Assembly (NCBI GenBank): GCA_020854015.1
Contig: JADZGG010000053.1
Coordinates: 1-33,747 of the forward strand
Source: Flavobacteriales bacterium
GTDB lineage: Bacteria > Bacteroidota > Bacteroidia > Flavobacteriales_F > PHOS-HE28
DNA: 33,747 nucleotides
Direction: 5' to 3'
Positions 31,900 to 33,747 of this stretch are shown here, piece by piece; the stretch's first letter is position 1, and every line of letters begins with the position of its first letter. Below the pieces are notes generated by a model. The model did not search any database, was not told where the DNA came from, and saw only the letters and a program-made list of their open reading frames with translations. A program made the translations under genes and the position numbers.

Positions 31900-32472
31900 C
31901 TATTCGATCACCAGCTGGTAACGCATCAACAGGCCGGGCAGCCCGCTCGTGGAGAATCGCGCAAGCTTCACCCGGTTCTGCTGGGGGTCGATGATGAAGT
32001 TGTGCGCTGTGCGAAAGTCCGTTTGCTCCAAGTTCGTGCCTTCGAACACGGCTCCTGCAAGGTCACAATCATCCAGTGTTGCCCCCGAAAGGTCCGCGCC
32101 GCTGAAGTCCGCCTCATGCAGCCGACACCCACTGAAGGTGGTCTTCTTCAGCACCACGGAACGAAAGGAGGCGAAGTCGAGGCGGCATTGGTTGAAGCGC
32201 ACGGCGAAAAGGAAAGCGCTGCACCGATCAAACTGCAGGCCCAGCAATTTGCAGCCATCAAAGCGCACCGTGCGGAACGCCGTGTTCTTGGTGATCGCGG
32301 TGCTCAGATCGCACTGCTCGAAGACACAATCCGTAAAACGTGCGTTGCTGAGGTCGACACTGCCCCACGCGCATTGCCGGAATGTGCAGCCCTCGAATTC
32401 CGCGTTGGCCAGTTGGTCCGCGGGAAGGTCGGAGCCAGTGAATGTGCGGTCTTGGTGATAGGAGGTGGGCAT
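31900..32472 (-). CDS. Pentapeptide-repeat protein (Qnr/MfpA/McbG-like fold)
   Basis: ATG at 32472. It has continuous A(D/N)LXX-type pentapeptide periodicity (ANAEFEGCTFRQCAWGSVDLSNARFTDCVFEQCDLS...ADFSGADLSGATLDDCDLAGAVFEGTNLEQTDF) and is 190 aa long. Confidence 0.88.
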   Translation of the reverse strand: MPTSYHQDRTFTGSDLPADQLANAEFEGCTFRQCAWGSVDLSNARFTDCVFEQCDLSTAITKNTAFRTVRFDGCKLLGLQFDRCSAFLFAVRFNQCRLDFASFRSVVLKKTTFSGCRLHEADFSGADLSGATLDDCDLAGAVFEGTNLEQTDFRTAHNFIIDPQQNRVKLARFSTSGLPGLLMRYQLVIE

Positions 32473-32489
32473 GGTCGAACGGACGAAGA

Positions 32490-32888
32490 TCAGGGTCCCC
32501 CGCACACCCGCGACCAAGCCGGGAGGACCTCCTTCTGATAGAACTGCCAACGTTTCTCCGCCTCATCCAACACGGACTGAAAACGCAGGATCAACTCCGG
32601 GTTCTCGGTCCAGTAGCTCGCGGGGACTTCGACAACTCGTTTCAGGAGGTGGCCGGGATACATGTGACCACCCGCCCAAGGGTCTTCACGCAAGAGGTCG
32701 ATCGCCACAGGGATCAGGTAGGGCAGGCCGATCTCCTGTCCGATCAGCGTTCCAAGGTCCTCGACACCGAGGTCCTTCAGCGGCACATGGCGCAGGCGGT
32801 GGCACTCGGTCACCAAGTGCGAGTCGTAGGTGGGTGGACCCCAATCGTGATTCTCCAGTTGGGTGAGGGAGCAGTCCAGGTCGTTCAT
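32490..32888 (-). CDS. Contact-dependent growth inhibition (CdiI-type) immunity protein family
   Basis: 132 aa. SLTQLENHDWGPPTYDSHLVTECHRLRHVPLKDLGVEDLGTLIGQEIGLPYLIPVAIDLLREDPWAGGHMYPGHLL matches, from memory, the conserved pattern of this immunity family. This is not a database result. Confidence 0.72.
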   Translation of the reverse strand: MNDLDCSLTQLENHDWGPPTYDSHLVTECHRLRHVPLKDLGVEDLGTLIGQEIGLPYLIPVAIDLLREDPWAGGHMYPGHLLKRVVEVPASYWTENPELILRFQSVLDEAEKRWQFYQKEVLPAWSRVCGGP

Positions 32889-33010
32889 CAGAACAAGGGT
32901 AGATCGTCGTGCTCGAATATGCGCTCAGGCGCAGGGTCTCGCCATCAGGAATGCACGAAGAGGAAGCGAAGACCGTGCGCGAAGAAGAATGCTCACATCG
33001 GCCGCTAGTA

Positions 33011-33349
33011 TCAGCCTGTTTTGCGATACTCGTCCAGGTATTCAAAGAACCTCTCGAAGGCCCTCTCTTCATCTCCATCACACTCCTTTAGTAACGGAGT
33101 GCAATAGTCATACTTACCCCCCAATGCGTGCTTTGCATTCATGGTGAACCATAGATCGAACTCTGAATATGGGGGGTGTCCCACGTCCAGGCTACCTACA
33201 CCAGTGCAGTTGATATACCCGTTCAAGAAATTGTTCAGGGCTCGGATCGATCGTTCGGTCAGCCAGAACTGGTGCTTTACTCGAATGGCGTCCAATACCT
33301 CGTAGACAATTCGAGTATGGATGATCGGGATCTCGCTAGTCATCGACAT
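33011..33349 (-). CDS. Hypothetical small cytoplasmic protein, possibly immunity-type; low-GC orphan
   Basis: 112-aa ORF starting 7 nt after the pgk stop. By hand count over four 60-nt lines it is about 47-53% G+C, against about 67% in the adjacent pgk line. The acidic helical C-terminus (EERAFERFFEYLDEYRK) and size resemble immunity proteins. No family is recognised. Confidence 0.5.
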   Translation of the reverse strand: MSMTSEIPIIHTRIVYEVLDAIRVKHQFWLTERSIRALNNFLNGYINCTGVGSLDVGHPPYSEFDLWFTMNAKHALGGKYDYCTPLLKECDGDEERAFERFFEYLDEYRKTG

Positions 33350-33356
33350 TCACACG

Positions 33357-33747
33357 TTACCCCTGCACCGCCGCGATCCCCGGCAACACCTTGCCTTCGA
33401 GGTATTCCAGCATGGCGCCGCCACCGGTGCTCACGTAGCTGATCTTGTCGGCGAGGCCGAACTGGTTCACGGCGGCCACGCTGTCGCCACCGCCCACGAG
33501 GCTGAAGGCACCCTTCTGTGTGGCTTCGGCCACAGCGTTCGCAATGGCGATGGTGCCTTGTTGGAAGGGCTTCATCTCGAACACACCCATGGGGCCGTTC
33601 CACAGGATGGTCTTGCTGCCCAGGATGGCGGTGCGGAAGGCTGCGATGCTCGCGGGACCGATGTCCAGGGCCATCCAGCCATCGGGCACGGCATCGGCGG
33701 CGCACTGGTCGGTGTTGGCGGTCTCGGCGAAGGCATCGGCCACCACG
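33357..33747 (-). CDS. pgk: Phosphoglycerate kinase, C-terminal part (5' end outside the window)
   Basis: ...[19 protein letters not shown]...[13 protein letters not shown]...[20 protein letters not shown]... are canonical Pgk C-domain motifs. The frame is open to the window edge. Stop is TAA at 33357-33359. Confidence 0.95.
   Translation of the reverse strand, partial: VVADAFAETANTDQCAADAVPDGWMALDIGPASIAAFRTAILGSKTILWNGPMGVFEMKPFQQGTIAIANAVAEATQKGAFSLVGGGDSVAAVNQFGLADKISYVSTGGGAMLEYLEGKVLPGIAAVQG

Noticed and set aside
1-33747. Scanned for CRISPR-like regularly spaced repeats, rRNA, IS elements, prophage or defence genes (restriction-modification, abortive infection, retron reverse transcriptase, toxin-antitoxin pairs).
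   Set aside because: No regularly spaced direct repeats, and no nuclease, reverse transcriptase, methylase or ATPase defence signatures were recognised. The only methyltransferase (25475-26221) is a generic class I SAM enzyme without a restriction partner.

Overview
This is a 33.7-kb chromosomal segment of roughly 60% G+C (estimated by eye). It reads as Bacteroidota: it has T9SS C-terminal sorting domains, exact TTG / TAnnTTTG promoter boxes and acpP-fabF-rnc-IPExxxVDY-pyk synteny. I call 43 coding regions (42 genes if the split sensor counts as one) plus one tRNA-Asn. Most of it is core housekeeping: rnr, prs-L25-pth, ferritin, rnhA, purN, acpP-fabF-rnc, pyk, pheS and pgk. I saw no CRISPR array, transposase, integrase, rRNA or obvious prophage or defence island. 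Four patches are not housekeeping. (1) 7209-10449 is a tight operon of a YfiR-like (DUF4154) protein, a TPR-like secreted protein and a HAMP sensor with a PP2C phosphatase output; the sensor gene is broken by one in-frame TAA. (2) 11471-16678 holds an ECF sigma factor, an anti-sigma-like protein that appears to end in an outer-membrane beta-barrel, and two paralogous PKD-like T9SS cargo proteins. This cassette is bracketed by two tail-less ssb paralogs that share a conserved non-coding upstream block. (3) 20783-21093 is an unusually long, structured purN-acpP spacer with competing hairpins and a terminator-like element. (4) 31900-33349 is a small protective islet directly downstream of pgk. 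It holds a Qnr-like pentapeptide-repeat protein, a CdiI-type immunity protein and a low-GC orphan gene, with no toxin present. None of these can be shown to be a new system from sequence alone. Patches (2) and (1) are my best candidates. Many very long antisense ORFs in the track are codon-aligned shadows of real genes and were rejected.
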